Shown: positions 19,963-35,267 of the stretch, one piece after another
How positions within the stretch are numbered: the stretch's first letter is position 1
How the letters are laid out: each line of letters begins with the position of its first letter
Notes under the pieces: generated by a model
The model's database searches: none
Told to the model about the DNA's origin: nothing
The model's input: the letters and a program-made list of their open reading frames with translations, nothing else
Made by a program: the position numbers and the translations under genes
Origin: an uncultured Fidelibacterota bacterium
Lineage (GTDB): Bacteria > Fidelibacterota > Marinisomatia > Marinisomatales > Marinisomataceae
Reading direction: 5' to 3'
Length of the DNA: 64,000 nt
Assembly: GCA_902575395.1 (NCBI GenBank)
Contig: CACGRA010000001.1
Coordinates: forward strand, 96,512 to 160,511

Positions 19963-22900
19963 ATGAAAAGCGAATTTATACATCTCCACAACCATTCTGA
20001 TAACAGCTTATTAGATGGAGCACAAACTATTAATACTATTATTAATACGATGGATGATTTAAGCATGGATTCAGTTGCTCTTACAGAGCATGGTAATTTA
20101 TTTGGAGCAGTTTCTTTCTATAATCAAGCAAGAGCGAGTGGAGTGAAACCAATTATTGGTTGTGAAGTATATGTTGCAAAAGGAAGTCGTTTTGATAAAG
20201 AGAAAACTATAAGAGGAGGAAATTATAATCATTTAGTTCTTATTGCACAAAATTTAGAAGGATATAAAAATTTAATGAAGATTGTAACTCATGGTTATTT
20301 AGAAGGATTTTATTATAAGCCACGAGTTGATTTGGATATTCTAAAAGAACATAATGAAGGAATCATTTGTTTATCGGCTTGTTTAAAAGGCAGTTTAGCC
20401 GAAACTCTTGTGTATAGTGGTTATGAAAGCGGTAAAGCTATAGCTGAGGAGTATTCCAAGATATTCCCTAATAGATATTATATTGAATTACAAAACCATG
20501 GCATTCCTGAAGAGATTCAAAATATCAAACTTGCAACAAAGCTTGCTAAAGAAATGAATTTACCAATTGTCGCAACCAATGATGCCCACTATGCTTTAAA
20601 AAGACATCATAGTGCGCATGATGTTCATATATGTATTGGTTCCGGAAAACAACTAAGTGATACAAAACGTTTAAAATATTATGGTGAAGAATTTTATTTT
20701 AAATCTCAGGATGAAATGTTTTCACTGTTTAAAGAATTTCCAGAAGCATTAGAAAATACTCGAGCTATTACTGATTCAGTTAATCTTGAAATACCAATGA
20801 AAGATTATCATTTACCATGGTATCAAATCCCTGACGGCTCCAATGTGAAGGATATTGATGAATACTTGAAAATTCTTTGTGATAAAGGCGTTGAAGATCG
20901 CTTTTCTGATAGAACTAGTGAAGTAGAAGAAAGATTAAACTATGAATTATCAGTGATTAAAAAAATGGGTTTTGCTAGCTATTTCTTAATTACTGCAGAC
21001 TTTGTTCAATATGCTAAGAAAAACAACATACCTGTTGGTCCAGGTAGAGGGTCAGCTGCTGGTAGTTTAGCGTCTTATTGTCTTGGAATTACTGATATTA
21101 ATCCTTTAAAACACAACCTGCTTTTTGAACGATTTTTAAATCCCGATAGAATTAGTTTACCGGATATTGATATTGATTTTTGTATTGAAAGAAGAAACCA
21201 AGTTATTGATTACATTAAGGAAATCTATGGTGAAAAATCTGTTACACAAATTATTACATTTGGTAAAATGAATGCGCGTGGCGTTATACGCGATGTTGGT
21301 CGTGTTATGGGCTATTCATATTCTGAAGTAGATAAAATTGCAAAATTAGTTCCAGAAGGAATAAAGGTTACTTTAGATAAAGCATTAAAACAGAGTTCAG
21401 AGTTACGCACTCTTTCTCAAGATCAATACCAAGATCTTATTGAAAATGCAAAAGTTTTAGAAGGGATGAATCGACATGCTTCAATTCATGCTGCTGGGGT
21501 TGTTGTTGCTCCTGGTAAATTAACCGATTTTGTTCCTTTGTATAAATCTACCAATGGAGATATCACAACCCAATACGATATGAATGAAATAGAAAAATTA
21601 GGTCTTTTGAAAATGGACTTTCTTGGACTACGCAATTTAACTGTTATTGATAAAACTATTGAATTGATTTATAAGCGTTTAGGTAAAAAAATTGATATTA
21701 ATTCTATACCATTTGATGATCCAAAAGTTTATGAATTATTTTCAAAAGGATTAACCGTAGGAGTTTTTCAGTTTGAATCTTCAGGGATGCGTGAGTATCT
21801 CAAAAAATTACAACCTAAAGCCCTTGAAGATTTGATTGCAATGACGGCACTATATAGGCCTGGTCCTATGAAAAATATTAATCATTATATTGACAGATCT
21901 CATGGTAAAGAAGAAGTGCAATCTATACACCCTTTACTTAATGAAGTGCTAGAAGAAACACACGGTATTATTGTTTATCAAGAACAGGTAATGGAAATTG
22001 CTGCACGCGTTGCAGGGTTTACACTGGCTGAAGCGGATGAAATGCGAAAAGCAGTTGGGAAAAAAATTAGTTCCTTAATGGATGAACTATCTGAAAAATT
22101 TATCAATGGAGCAATTAAAAATGGCATCTCAAAGCTAAAAGCTAGACAGATTTTTGAATTAATCGAAAAATTTGCTCAATATGGTTTTAATAAAAGCCAT
22201 GCCACAGCTTATTCTTATATATCTTATCAGACTGCATGGCTTAAAGCACACTATCCTGCAGATTTTATGTCTGCAAATTTAACTAGTGAAATGACTAATA
22301 CAGATAGAGTGGTGGTTTTAATTAATGAGTGTAGAAAATTAGATATTAAAGTACATGCTCCAGATATTAACAAATCTGAAATTAATTTTATTCCAATTAA
22401 TGATAATGAAATTTCTTATGGTTTGAATGCAATAAAAAATGTTGGGGTTAAAGCTTTAGAGGATGCTATCAAGATAAGAGAAACATCAGGGAATTTTTCT
22501 TCCTTTTTTGATTTTATTTTAAAAGTAGACCAACGTATAGTGAATAAAAAAGTATTAGAAAGTTTAATTATTGGAGGAGCTTTTGATTCCGTGCATCAAA
22601 ATAGAGCACAATTATTTGAAATGGTTGATGATGCAATTAAATATGGCCAACAAGTGAATAAAAATATATCAAAAGATCAAATGAGCCTATTTGGCGAAGA
22701 GGAAAAATTAATTAAAGAACCAGATTTTCCTAATGTTGAAGAATGGAGTAATCAAGAGAGGCTAAACAAAGAAAAGGAAGTGCTAGGGTTGTATATATCC
22801 GGGAATCCTTTATTAAAATATGCTGACACATTAGAAGAGATTAGCAATTATGATTTTACAGACAAGACTCATTTAAAGGAAGATACGTTAATCAAGATAG

Positions 22901-23385
22901 GTGGTGCAATTTCTAGTTTTAAGCTTCATTATGATAAAAAAAATAGACCAATGGCATTTTTTAATTTAGACTGTTTAGGCGGACAAGTTGAAGCAATTAT
23001 TTTTCATGAAGCTTTTGACAAGTATAAAGAAATTATTCAAGATGGCAACATTGTGTTTCTTGTAGGAAGTTCTAGTGTACAAAATCAATTTGCAGATTTA
23101 AAAATTAAAGTAGATGAAGTAGTGCCAATTAATCATGCAAAAGAGGTTTTAAAAATACAAGAAATCAATATTAAAATTGAGTCCAACATGTCAAAAGAAA
23201 AGCTCAATGAAATCCATGCTCTTGCAATCAAAAATTCTGGCGATGCTCCATTTATAGTTCACATGGTTAATGATGATGGATCAATGAGAAGGATTGTATC
23301 AAAAAAAGTACGCGTTTCTATAAATAATCATTTTATTACAATGTTAAAAGATTTAATAGGAGAGTCTAATGTTTGGGTTAGTTAA
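19963..23385 (+). CDS. dnaE: DNA polymerase III alpha subunit
   Basis: 1140 aa with N-terminal PHP domain (FIHLHNHSDNSLLDGA), GPGRGSAAGSLASYCLGITDINP, PDIDIDF and FNKSHATAYS motifs. Confidence 0.95.
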   Translation: MKSEFIHLHNHSDNSLLDGAQTINTIINTMDDLSMDSVALTEHGNLFGAVSFYNQARASGVKPIIGCEVYVAKGSRFDKEKTIRGGNYNHLVLIAQNLEGYKNLMKIVTHGYLEGFYYKPRVDLDILKEHNEGIICLSACLKGSLAETLVYSGYESGKAIAEEYSKIFPNRYYIELQNHGIPEEIQNIKLATKLAKEMNLPIVATNDAHYALKRHHSAHDVHICIGSGKQLSDTKRLKYYGEEFYFKSQDEMFSLFKEFPEALENTRAITDSVNLEIPMKDYHLPWYQIPDGSNVKDIDEYLKILCDKGVEDRFSDRTSEVEERLNYELSVIKKMGFASYFLITADFVQYAKKNNIPVGPGRGSAAGSLASYCLGITDINPLKHNLLFERFLNPDRISLPDIDIDFCIERRNQVIDYIKEIYGEKSVTQIITFGKMNARGVIRDVGRVMGYSYSEVDKIAKLVPEGIKVTLDKALKQSSELRTLSQDQYQDLIENAKVLEGMNRHASIHAAGVVVAPGKLTDFVPLYKSTNGDITTQYDMNEIEKLGLLKMDFLGLRNLTVIDKTIELIYKRLGKKIDINSIPFDDPKVYELFSKGLTVGVFQFESSGMREYLKKLQPKALEDLIAMTALYRPGPMKNINHYIDRSHGKEEVQSIHPLLNEVLEETHGIIVYQEQVMEIAARVAGFTLAEADEMRKAVGKKISSLMDELSEKFINGAIKNGISKLKARQIFELIEKFAQYGFNKSHATAYSYISYQTAWLKAHYPADFMSANLTSEMTNTDRVVVLINECRKLDIKVHAPDINKSEINFIPINDNEISYGLNAIKNVGVKALEDAIKIRETSGNFSSFFDFILKVDQRIVNKKVLESLIIGGAFDSVHQNRAQLFEMVDDAIKYGQQVNKNISKDQMSLFGEEEKLIKEPDFPNVEEWSNQERLNKEKEVLGLYISGNPLLKYADTLEEISNYDFTDKTHLKEDTLIKIGGAISSFKLHYDKKNRPMAFFNLDCLGGQVEAIIFHEAFDKYKEIIQDGNIVFLVGSSSVQNQFADLKIKVDEVVPINHAKEVLKIQEINIKIESNMSKEKLNEIHALAIKNSGDAPFIVHMVNDDGSMRRIVSKKVRVSINNHFITMLKDLIGESNVWVS

Positions 23386-23397
23386 ATTGTTAGTATT

Positions 23398-23808
23398 ATG
23401 GCGTTAAAACCACCAATTAGAATATTAATGGCAAAGCCAGGCTTAGATGGTCATGATCGAGGCATTAAGGTTTTAGCAGCAGCATATCGTGATGCAGGAA
23501 TGGATGTGATTTATCTCGGTTTAAGACAAACACCAAACAGTATTGTGCAGGTTGCAATACAGGAAGGGGTTGATGTCATTGCATTGTCAATACTTTCTGG
23601 TGCACATATGACTATTTTTACTAGAGTAATCGAATTAATGAAAGAAAATAATCTTGAAAACGTTTTAGTGACTGGCGGTGGAATTATACCAGAAGCTGAT
23701 TCTCAAGAACTATCAAAGATAGGTGTTGGCAAACTTTTTGGGCCTGGCACCCCCGTGAAAGAATCATTAAAGTATATTGAAGATTGGGTAGAAAATAATA
23801 GACGATGA
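23398..23808 (+). CDS. Methylmalonyl-CoA mutase-type cobalamin-binding small subunit/domain
   Basis: 136 aa. DxHxxG motif in [25 protein letters not shown]...VTGGGIIP is typical of the B12-binding Rossmann domain. Confidence 0.8.
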   Translation: MALKPPIRILMAKPGLDGHDRGIKVLAAAYRDAGMDVIYLGLRQTPNSIVQVAIQEGVDVIALSILSGAHMTIFTRVIELMKENNLENVLVTGGGIIPEADSQELSKIGVGKLFGPGTPVKESLKYIEDWVENNRR

Positions 23809-24245
23809 TTAATAATATTCATAGTGTTTATTTAAAAGGTGAAAAAGCATTTGAAAAAGGAAATTTTTCATCTGCAAAAAAACACCTATTATCTGTTATT
23901 GATTGTGATGAGAATTATTATGCAGCATACTTATTGCTTTTTGAAATTGCAGATAAAGAAAATTTATCTTCAAAGAAAGTATTTTATGATGCTTTAAAAA
24001 GACTAAATCCATCGCTATCAATTAAGGCCCCATTAACTAAAAAAACAATTCATAAAAAATCTTCAAACCAGAAAAAAAAGACCGCGATAATGACTGTTCC
24101 ATATATTAAACTTTTAATACAGCAAGGCAAAACTGTACAAGCTAAAAAAAGCTTGAATGCAATTATTAATACATCAAAAAACAAAATGCAAATTAATCAA
24201 GCTAAAGAAATTTTAATAAATCTTCAAAAAAAGGATAAAAAATGA
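23805..24245 (+). CDS. Hypothetical protein, TPR-like N-terminus, Lys-rich C-terminus
   Basis: 146-aa ORF overlapping both neighbours by 4 nt. No family recognised. Confidence 0.45.
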   Translation: MINNIHSVYLKGEKAFEKGNFSSAKKHLLSVIDCDENYYAAYLLLFEIADKENLSSKKVFYDALKRLNPSLSIKAPLTKKTIHKKSSNQKKKTAIMTVPYIKLLIQQGKTVQAKKSLNAIINTSKNKMQINQAKEILINLQKKDKK

Positions 24246-25330
24246 GTGAACAGTATTTTATTAAACGTCAAAATAATTTGAAATCATTGTTTTCTGAAAA
24301 AAATTTAGATGGGATGCTTGTTACAAATCTTACTCATATAAGATATCTTTGTGGTTTTACTGGTTCAGCAGGTTCTTTACTCATTACGCATGATAAATGT
24401 GAATTTATTACAGACGGCAGATATACATTTCAATCAAAAAATGAAGTAAAAGGTGCCAATATAACTATTAGCAGCGATCCTCATTTTAATGTAATAAAGA
24501 AAGAAAATTTATTACCATCTAATTTGAAGATTGCATTTGATTCTAACAACGTTTCACATCAAATCTATAATCAATTAAAGGATATTTTTTCAAGCATATC
24601 TTGGGAAGGAACTTCTGGATATGTTGAATCTTTAGCAATGATCAAAGATGAAAAAGAAATTGATGCTATAAAAACAGCTGTAGAGATAACAGACCAAGCA
24701 TTTTCAGAAGTTTTTCCAATGATTAAAATTGGAGTTAAGGAAAAAGAAATTGCTAATCAATTATCTTTTCTTTATAGAAAATATGGTGATGCTGATGCCG
24801 ATGCTTTTTCTCCAATAGTCGGTAGTGGTATACATTCTGCAATGCCTCATCAGCGACCAACAGATAAAAAAATTGAGCCTGGAGAATTAGTGGTAATTGA
24901 TTCGGGCGCAAAGTATGCTGGGTATCATGCAGATATGACTCGCACTGTTGCAACAAAGGGTTATTCTGAAAAACAAAAAGAAATTTATAATATTGTTTTA
25001 GAAGCTCAATTAAAGAGTATTGATGGTATCAAGAGCAATATAAGCTGTAAAGAAATTGATTCTATTGCACGTGACCACATCACAAATGCTGGTTATGGAA
25101 AATATTTTGATCACGGACTTGGTCATTCTCTTGGTTTAGAGATTCATGAAAATCCTCGATTTAGTAAAGTCAGCAAAGATATTTTACAATCCAACCATGT
25201 AATGACTGTTGAGCCAGGGATTTATCTTGAAGATATAGGTGGAGTTCGTATTGAAGACGACATTGTTGTTCAAGACAATGGGTGTGAGGTTCTTAATAAG
25301 ACTCAAAAAGATTTTACTGTCATTTCATAA
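24242..25330 (+). CDS. Xaa-Pro aminopeptidase/dipeptidase (peptidase M24B)
   Basis: 362 aa with creatinase-like N-domain. Metal ligand motifs VVIDSGAKYAGYHADMTRT, HGLGHSLGLEIHE and VEPGIY...GVRIEDD. Confidence 0.85.
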   Translation: MSEQYFIKRQNNLKSLFSEKNLDGMLVTNLTHIRYLCGFTGSAGSLLITHDKCEFITDGRYTFQSKNEVKGANITISSDPHFNVIKKENLLPSNLKIAFDSNNVSHQIYNQLKDIFSSISWEGTSGYVESLAMIKDEKEIDAIKTAVEITDQAFSEVFPMIKIGVKEKEIANQLSFLYRKYGDADADAFSPIVGSGIHSAMPHQRPTDKKIEPGELVVIDSGAKYAGYHADMTRTVATKGYSEKQKEIYNIVLEAQLKSIDGIKSNISCKEIDSIARDHITNAGYGKYFDHGLGHSLGLEIHENPRFSKVSKDILQSNHVMTVEPGIYLEDIGGVRIEDDIVVQDNGCEVLNKTQKDFTVIS

Positions 25331-25345
25331 CAGCATACCTTTATA

Positions 25346-29453
<4,108 letters not shown>

Positions 29454-29461
<8 letters not shown>

Positions 29462-30197
29462 AATAGCAATTTATATTAATAATCTGCATAAAAAATATGA
29501 TCAAACCGTTTATGCTGTACAGGGAATTGATTTATCAATAAGGAAAGGTGAATTTTATGGCCTTCTTGGACCAAATGGAGCAGGAAAATCGACTACTATT
29601 AATGCAATTACAAGCTTAGTAAGGCCTACAGAAGGCAATATCAAAGTTTTTGATAGAGACATAGTGTCTGATTTTCGTTATGCACGATCTAAAATTGGAA
29701 TTTCTCCACAAGAAATTAGCAATGATTGGTTTTTTCCTGTTGAACAACTTCTATATTTTCAAGCAGGATTTTATGGCATTACAAAAAAAGATGCAAAAGA
29801 ACGTATTGATTTTATTTTACATAAAGTTGGTTTATATAATCATAAAGATAAAAAAATGCGTCAATTATCTGGAGGAATGAAAAGACGTTTACAGATTGCA
29901 AGAGCGTTAGCACATAATCCAGAAATTTTGATTCTTGATGAACCTACTGCTGGTGTGGATGTAGCGCTAAGACATGATCTTTGGAATTTTTTGCAAGAAT
30001 TACATAAAGAAGGAAAAACAATTTTATTAACAACACACTATATTGATGAAGCAGAATTATTATGTGAACGAGTTGGAATTATTAATAATGGAAAGCTTGT
30101 CGCTGAAGATACTGTATCTAATTTAAAGGCATCAACCAATAAGTCAAAATTAGAAGATGTATTTTTAGAACTAACTGGGAGAAAGTTAGATGATTAA
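29454..30197 (+). CDS. ABC transporter ATP-binding protein (YadG-like, ABC-2 exporter)
   Basis: Start set at ATG 29454 (MNEIAIY), overlapping the upstream stop. Walker A GPNGAGKST, signature LSGGMKRRLQIARAL and Walker B ILILDEPT. Confidence 0.85.
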
Positions 30198-30954
30198 AAA
30201 TTGGATTGGATTTTATACACTTTCTTCTAGAGAAATCTTACGATTTTTTACTGTTTGGAAACAAACAATTATTCCAGGCATTGTAACTACCCTGCTTTAT
30301 ATTTTTGTATTTGGTGTTGCTCTTGAAGATCGAATTAGTGAAATAGATGGAGTATCTTACAAGATGTATATTCTTCCAGGATTGTTAATGATGAATGTTA
30401 TTACCAATTCGGTTGCTAACACTGCATCATCCATGTTACAAATGAAGTTATTACAAACACTTCCTGAATTACTGATTACTCCCTTGTCTAGCTTAGAGCT
30501 ATCATTGTCGTTTATTATTGGAGGCACTGTTCGAGGTTTTGTTAATGGTATCCTTATTTTATTTATTTGCATAATGGCTGGAATGCAAATTCAAGATCCA
30601 ATTTCTACTATATTCATTATTTTTATTGTGTCATGGTCTTTTTCTAGCCTTGGATTATTTATTGGACAAATGTCTGATTCATGGGATCAATTGGCTCTTA
30701 TTCAAAATTTTGTTCTTACGCCATTAAGTTTTTTAGGAGGAATTTTTTATTCTGTCCAAATGTTGCCAGAATGGGGATTAACAATTAGTAAAATTAATCC
30801 TGTATTTTATACTATTAATTCTTTACGATATTCTACTTTAGGAGTTTCTGATGCTCCATTTATCAGTTCCATGGTTTTTATTGTTTTATTTGCTTTGTTA
30901 TTAACTACTCTTGCCGTGAAGACAATGGAGAGTGGCAAAAAAATAAGGTTTTAA
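30190..30954 (+). CDS. ABC-2 type transporter permease (YadH-like)
   Basis: 254 aa with 6 predicted TM segments. YKMYILPGLLMMNVITNSVANTASS and NPVFYTINSLRYSTLG resemble E. coli YadH. Confidence 0.8.
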   Translation: MIKNWIGFYTLSSREILRFFTVWKQTIIPGIVTTLLYIFVFGVALEDRISEIDGVSYKMYILPGLLMMNVITNSVANTASSMLQMKLLQTLPELLITPLSSLELSLSFIIGGTVRGFVNGILILFICIMAGMQIQDPISTIFIIFIVSWSFSSLGLFIGQMSDSWDQLALIQNFVLTPLSFLGGIFYSVQMLPEWGLTISKINPVFYTINSLRYSTLGVSDAPFISSMVFIVLFALLLTTLAVKTMESGKKIRF

Positions 30955-30982
30955 TTTTCAATTATATGATATAAAATCAAGC

Positions 30983-32086
30983 ATGCAAAAACATAAAAAG
31001 GCCATCCTTTATCTTGAGGACGGCCTTTTTTTTGAAGGAAAAAGCCTTGGTTCCGCAGGAGAAACATCAGGAGAGGTATGTTTTAATACTGGAATGACTG
31101 GCTATCAAGAGATTTTAACAGACCCATCTTATGCAAAACAAATGGTTGCTATGTGTTCTCCCCATATTGGTAATTATGGTGCAAATAATTCTGATGTTGA
31201 ATCATCCAAAGTATATGCAACTGGCTTTATTATAAAGAGCGAATCACTTATTTCTTCCAATTGGCGTTCAACTGCGACATTAAGTGAGTTTCTTAAAAAA
31301 AATGGAGTAGTTGGAATCCAAGATATTGATACAAGAGCACTTACCCTTCATATTAGAGACAACGGTGCAATGAATGGTATTATATCTACCAAAGATTTTA
31401 AGCTAACAAGCTTAAAAGAAAAGATAAAAAAAATTCCTTCAATGGAAGGGTTAGATTTAGCAAAAGAAGTTTCTATAAATAGAAAAAAAATACTCTTTCC
31501 AAAAAATAAAACTAAATACAGAATCGCAGCAATTGATTATGGTATGAAATCTAATATTTACAATATTATGCTTGAACATGATGCAGAAGTTTGTCTTTTC
31601 CCAGCAACAGCAACAGCAAAAACAATCCTTAATTATAATCCGGATGGTATTTTTTTATCCAATGGACCTGGTGACCCTGCAGCAATTGATTATGGTATTA
31701 AAACTGTAAAGAAATTACTGGGAAAAAAACCAATTTTTGGAATTTGTCTTGGTCATCAAATTTTAGCACTTGCTTTAGATGCAAAGACATTTAAAATGAA
31801 ATTTGGACATCGAGGTATAAACCAACCAGTTAAAAATTTAAAAAATGATAAAATTGAAATTACATCTCAGAATCATGGATTTGCTGTTGATCCAGAATCA
31901 TTACCATCAAATACTATTATTACACATATACATCTTAATGATACTACTGTTGCTGGTATAGAATGTAAATCTTTACAAGCTTATTCTGTCCAATATCATC
32001 CTGAATCTAGTCCTGGTCCTCATGATTCAAGATATATCTTTAAACAATTTTTTCAAATGATGGATAAAAATGCCAAAAAGAAATGA
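30983..32086 (+). CDS. carA: Carbamoyl-phosphate synthase small (glutaminase) subunit
   Basis: 367 aa. [14 protein letters not shown], catalytic GICLGHQ and QYHPES. Confidence 0.9.
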   Translation: MQKHKKAILYLEDGLFFEGKSLGSAGETSGEVCFNTGMTGYQEILTDPSYAKQMVAMCSPHIGNYGANNSDVESSKVYATGFIIKSESLISSNWRSTATLSEFLKKNGVVGIQDIDTRALTLHIRDNGAMNGIISTKDFKLTSLKEKIKKIPSMEGLDLAKEVSINRKKILFPKNKTKYRIAAIDYGMKSNIYNIMLEHDAEVCLFPATATAKTILNYNPDGIFLSNGPGDPAAIDYGIKTVKKLLGKKPIFGICLGHQILALALDAKTFKMKFGHRGINQPVKNLKNDKIEITSQNHGFAVDPESLPSNTIITHIHLNDTTVAGIECKSLQAYSVQYHPESSPGPHDSRYIFKQFFQMMDKNAKKK

Positions 32087-35000
32087 CATTAAAAAAATAT
32101 TAGTTATTGGTGCAGGGCCAATTATTATTGGCCAGGCATGTGAATTTGATTATTCTGGTACCCAAGCAATTAAAGCGTTAAAAGAAGAAGGTTATAAGGT
32201 AGTGTTGATTAATTCAAACCCAGCCACAATTATGACTGACCCTCAATTTTCTGATAAAACTTATATTGAACCTATTACAAAGGAATATGTTGAAGCTATT
32301 ATTAAAAAAGAAAAGCCTCACGCAATTCTCCCTACAGTTGGAGGCCAAACTGCTCTTAATATTGCCATGGAGCTTTATGATGATGGAATATTAAAAAAAT
32401 ATAATGTTGAATTAATTGGGGCAAATAAACAAGCAATCGAAACTGCCGAAAGCAGAGAAAAATTTAAAGAAGCCATGACAGATATTGGTTTAGATGTTCC
32501 TTATGGGTATATAGTACAGTCTGTTGAAGATGGGATAAATCTTTTAGATAATATTTCTCTTCCTGCAATTATCAGGCCTTCTTTTACATTGGGAGGTTCT
32601 GGTGGCTCTGTTGCATTTAATGAAGAAGAATTCAAAATAGCAATTAACCAAGGAATCAAAGAAAGTCCAGTAAATCAAGTATTAGTAGAAGAATATCTTT
32701 TTGGATGGAAAGAATATGAATTAGAAGTGATTAGAGATTTAAACGACAACGTAATTATTATTTGTTCAATTGAAAACATTGATCCAATGGGAATCCATAC
32801 AGGCGATTCAGTCACAGTTGCTCCTGCAATGACCTTAACAGACAAAGAATTTCAAAAGATGCGTAATTGGGCAATTAAATGTATAAGAAAAATTGGAGTT
32901 GATACAGGCGGTTCTAATGTACAATTTGCAGTTAATCCTGAAAATGGTAGAATGGTTATTATAGAGATGAACCCGCGTGTTAGTCGTTCATCTGCGCTAG
33001 CATCCAAAGCTACGGGATTTCCAATAGCAAAAATTGCTGCAAAATTAGCTGTAGGATATTCGCTGGATGAACTAAATAATGATATTACCAATAGAACGCT
33101 TGCTGCATTTGAACCTGCTATTGATTATATCGTAACAAAGATTCCAAGGTTTGATTTTGAAAAATTCCCATCTGCATCAGGTAAATTAGGAGTTCAAATG
33201 CAATCAGTTGGTGAAGTAATGTCAATTGGAAGAACATTTAGAGAATCATTTCAAAAAGCATTTCGTTCATTAGAGTTAAACTTGCCAGGACTGTCACCAA
33301 AAGATCCAACAGATAATGATTCTGAAATTAAACGTTTTAGGTCTTTAGATATTAAATCTCTTAATCGTGGAAGTTCTTTTAGAATGTTAAAAGTGAAAGA
33401 AGCATTGATTCAAGGATTTAGTATTGATGAAATTTATCACAACACAGGCATTGATCCTTGGTTTTTACATGAAATTGCAGAAATTGTTAATATTGAACAA
33501 TCATACACATCGATTAAAGATTTAAAATTTTTAAAGAAAAATGGCTTTTCGGATAAACAAATTGCACATATCACAAAAAAGTCGCTTTCTGATATACAAA
33601 ATACAAGAGAGAAGAAAAAAATAAAGCCCGTATATAAAGTTGTAGATACTTGCGCGGGTGAATTTGTTGCGGAAACACCTTATTGTTATTCAACATATGA
33701 AGAAACTCATGATATTCAACCGCTTAAAGGAAAGAAAGTGATGATTTTAGGAGGAGGGCCTAATCGTATTGGCCAAGGAATTGAATTTGATTATTGTTGT
33801 GTGCAGGCTGTGTATGGTTTAAGAGAAGCTGGTTATAAATCTATTATGGTGAATTGCAACCCAGAAACAGTTTCTACTGATTTTGATTTAGCTGACAGAC
33901 TTTATTTTGAGCCTATTACGTTTGAAGATGTCATGAATATCATTGATTTTGAAAAACCAGATGGAGTTTTAGTGCAGTTTGGAGGGCAAACTCCTTTAAA
34001 AATTGCGAATCAACTTAAAGAAGCAGGTATAAAGATTTTTGGCACCTCTTCTGATAGCATTAATTTGGCTGAAGATAGAGAAGCTTTTACTAAACTAGTG
34101 AATAAAATAGAAGTAACTATCCCAAATTATTGTATTGCAAAAAATTATGATGAAATAGTTGCTTACTCAGAAAAAGCAACATTTCCTGTATTAGTTAGAC
34201 CAAGTTATGTTTTAGGTGGTCGAGCAATGCAAATTGTTTATTCAAAGAAAGAGCTTGTTGATTACGTGTTTCGTTCTGCAGAAGCAACAAGTGATCATCC
34301 AATTTTGATTGATCAATTTATTGAAAATGCATTTGAATTTGATGTAGACGCATTATGTGATGGGAAGGATGTATTTATTGCTGGCATTATGCAGCACATT
34401 GAAGAAGCAGGTATTCATTCTGGAGATTCTTCTTGTGTCTTACCTGCCCATAAAATTAGCAATAAAGTGAAAAAAGAAATTATTGATGTAACAACTAAGC
34501 TCGCTAAAGCATTAAATGTAGTTGGGCTAATTAATTTACAGTTTGCTGTAAAAGATGAGATAGTATATGTATTAGAAGTAAATCCTCGTTCTAGTCGAAC
34601 TGTTCCTTTTGTAAGCAAATATAGTAATATTCCATTAGCAAATATCGCAGCACAATTATCTGTTGGAAAAAAATTAAAAGATTTTGAATTAAAAAATATA
34701 AAACACAAACATATTGCAGTCAAAAAAGCAGTTTTACCATTTAAAAAGTTTAAAGATGAAAAAGTGTTTCTTGGCCCTGAAATGAAATCTACTGGAGAAG
34801 TAATGGGTATTAATGATAGTGTAGGTGTAGCATTTTTAAAAGCAATGCAATCGGACGGCTATACTGTTCCTAATAAAGGAACAGCATTCATTTCTGTTAA
34901 CAAAGCAGATCGAAGAGAAGCATTAGCTGCTGCAAGAGATTTAATTCAAATTGGATTTGATATTATTGCAACTGAAGGAACAGCAAAATATCTATTGAAA

Positions 35001-35264
35001 AATAATGTACCTTGTGAACAAATTTTTAAAGTTGGAGAAGGTAGACCAAATGTTGTTGATGAGATTCTTAATGATAACATTCAGTTTGTAATTAATACTC
35101 CTTTGGGGTCTAAATCAAGATATGATGAAGAGGCAATAGGGAAAACATCTGTAATGAAAAATATTTTAACTATTACTACTATGTCTGGGGCCAGAGCTGC
35201 CATAGAAGCAATATCTCTTAGTGAAAAAATTAAAGTCAAAGCGTTACAAGAATATTTTAAATAA
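32070..35264 (+). CDS. carB: Carbamoyl-phosphate synthase large subunit
   Basis: 1064 aa with duplicated ATP-grasp halves ([24 protein letters not shown] and [24 protein letters not shown]) and a C-terminal MGS-like domain. Confidence 0.95.
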   Translation: MPKRNDIKKILVIGAGPIIIGQACEFDYSGTQAIKALKEEGYKVVLINSNPATIMTDPQFSDKTYIEPITKEYVEAIIKKEKPHAILPTVGGQTALNIAMELYDDGILKKYNVELIGANKQAIETAESREKFKEAMTDIGLDVPYGYIVQSVEDGINLLDNISLPAIIRPSFTLGGSGGSVAFNEEEFKIAINQGIKESPVNQVLVEEYLFGWKEYELEVIRDLNDNVIIICSIENIDPMGIHTGDSVTVAPAMTLTDKEFQKMRNWAIKCIRKIGVDTGGSNVQFAVNPENGRMVIIEMNPRVSRSSALASKATGFPIAKIAAKLAVGYSLDELNNDITNRTLAAFEPAIDYIVTKIPRFDFEKFPSASGKLGVQMQSVGEVMSIGRTFRESFQKAFRSLELNLPGLSPKDPTDNDSEIKRFRSLDIKSLNRGSSFRMLKVKEALIQGFSIDEIYHNTGIDPWFLHEIAEIVNIEQSYTSIKDLKFLKKNGFSDKQIAHITKKSLSDIQNTREKKKIKPVYKVVDTCAGEFVAETPYCYSTYEETHDIQPLKGKKVMILGGGPNRIGQGIEFDYCCVQAVYGLREAGYKSIMVNCNPETVSTDFDLADRLYFEPITFEDVMNIIDFEKPDGVLVQFGGQTPLKIANQLKEAGIKIFGTSSDSINLAEDREAFTKLVNKIEVTIPNYCIAKNYDEIVAYSEKATFPVLVRPSYVLGGRAMQIVYSKKELVDYVFRSAEATSDHPILIDQFIENAFEFDVDALCDGKDVFIAGIMQHIEEAGIHSGDSSCVLPAHKISNKVKKEIIDVTTKLAKALNVVGLINLQFAVKDEIVYVLEVNPRSSRTVPFVSKYSNIPLANIAAQLSVGKKLKDFELKNIKHKHIAVKKAVLPFKKFKDEKVFLGPEMKSTGEVMGINDSVGVAFLKAMQSDGYTVPNKGTAFISVNKADRREALAAARDLIQIGFDIIATEGTAKYLLKNNVPCEQIFKVGEGRPNVVDEILNDNIQFVINTPLGSKSRYDEEAIGKTSVMKNILTITTMSGARAAIEAISLSEKIKVKALQEYFK

Positions 35265-35267
35265 TAA

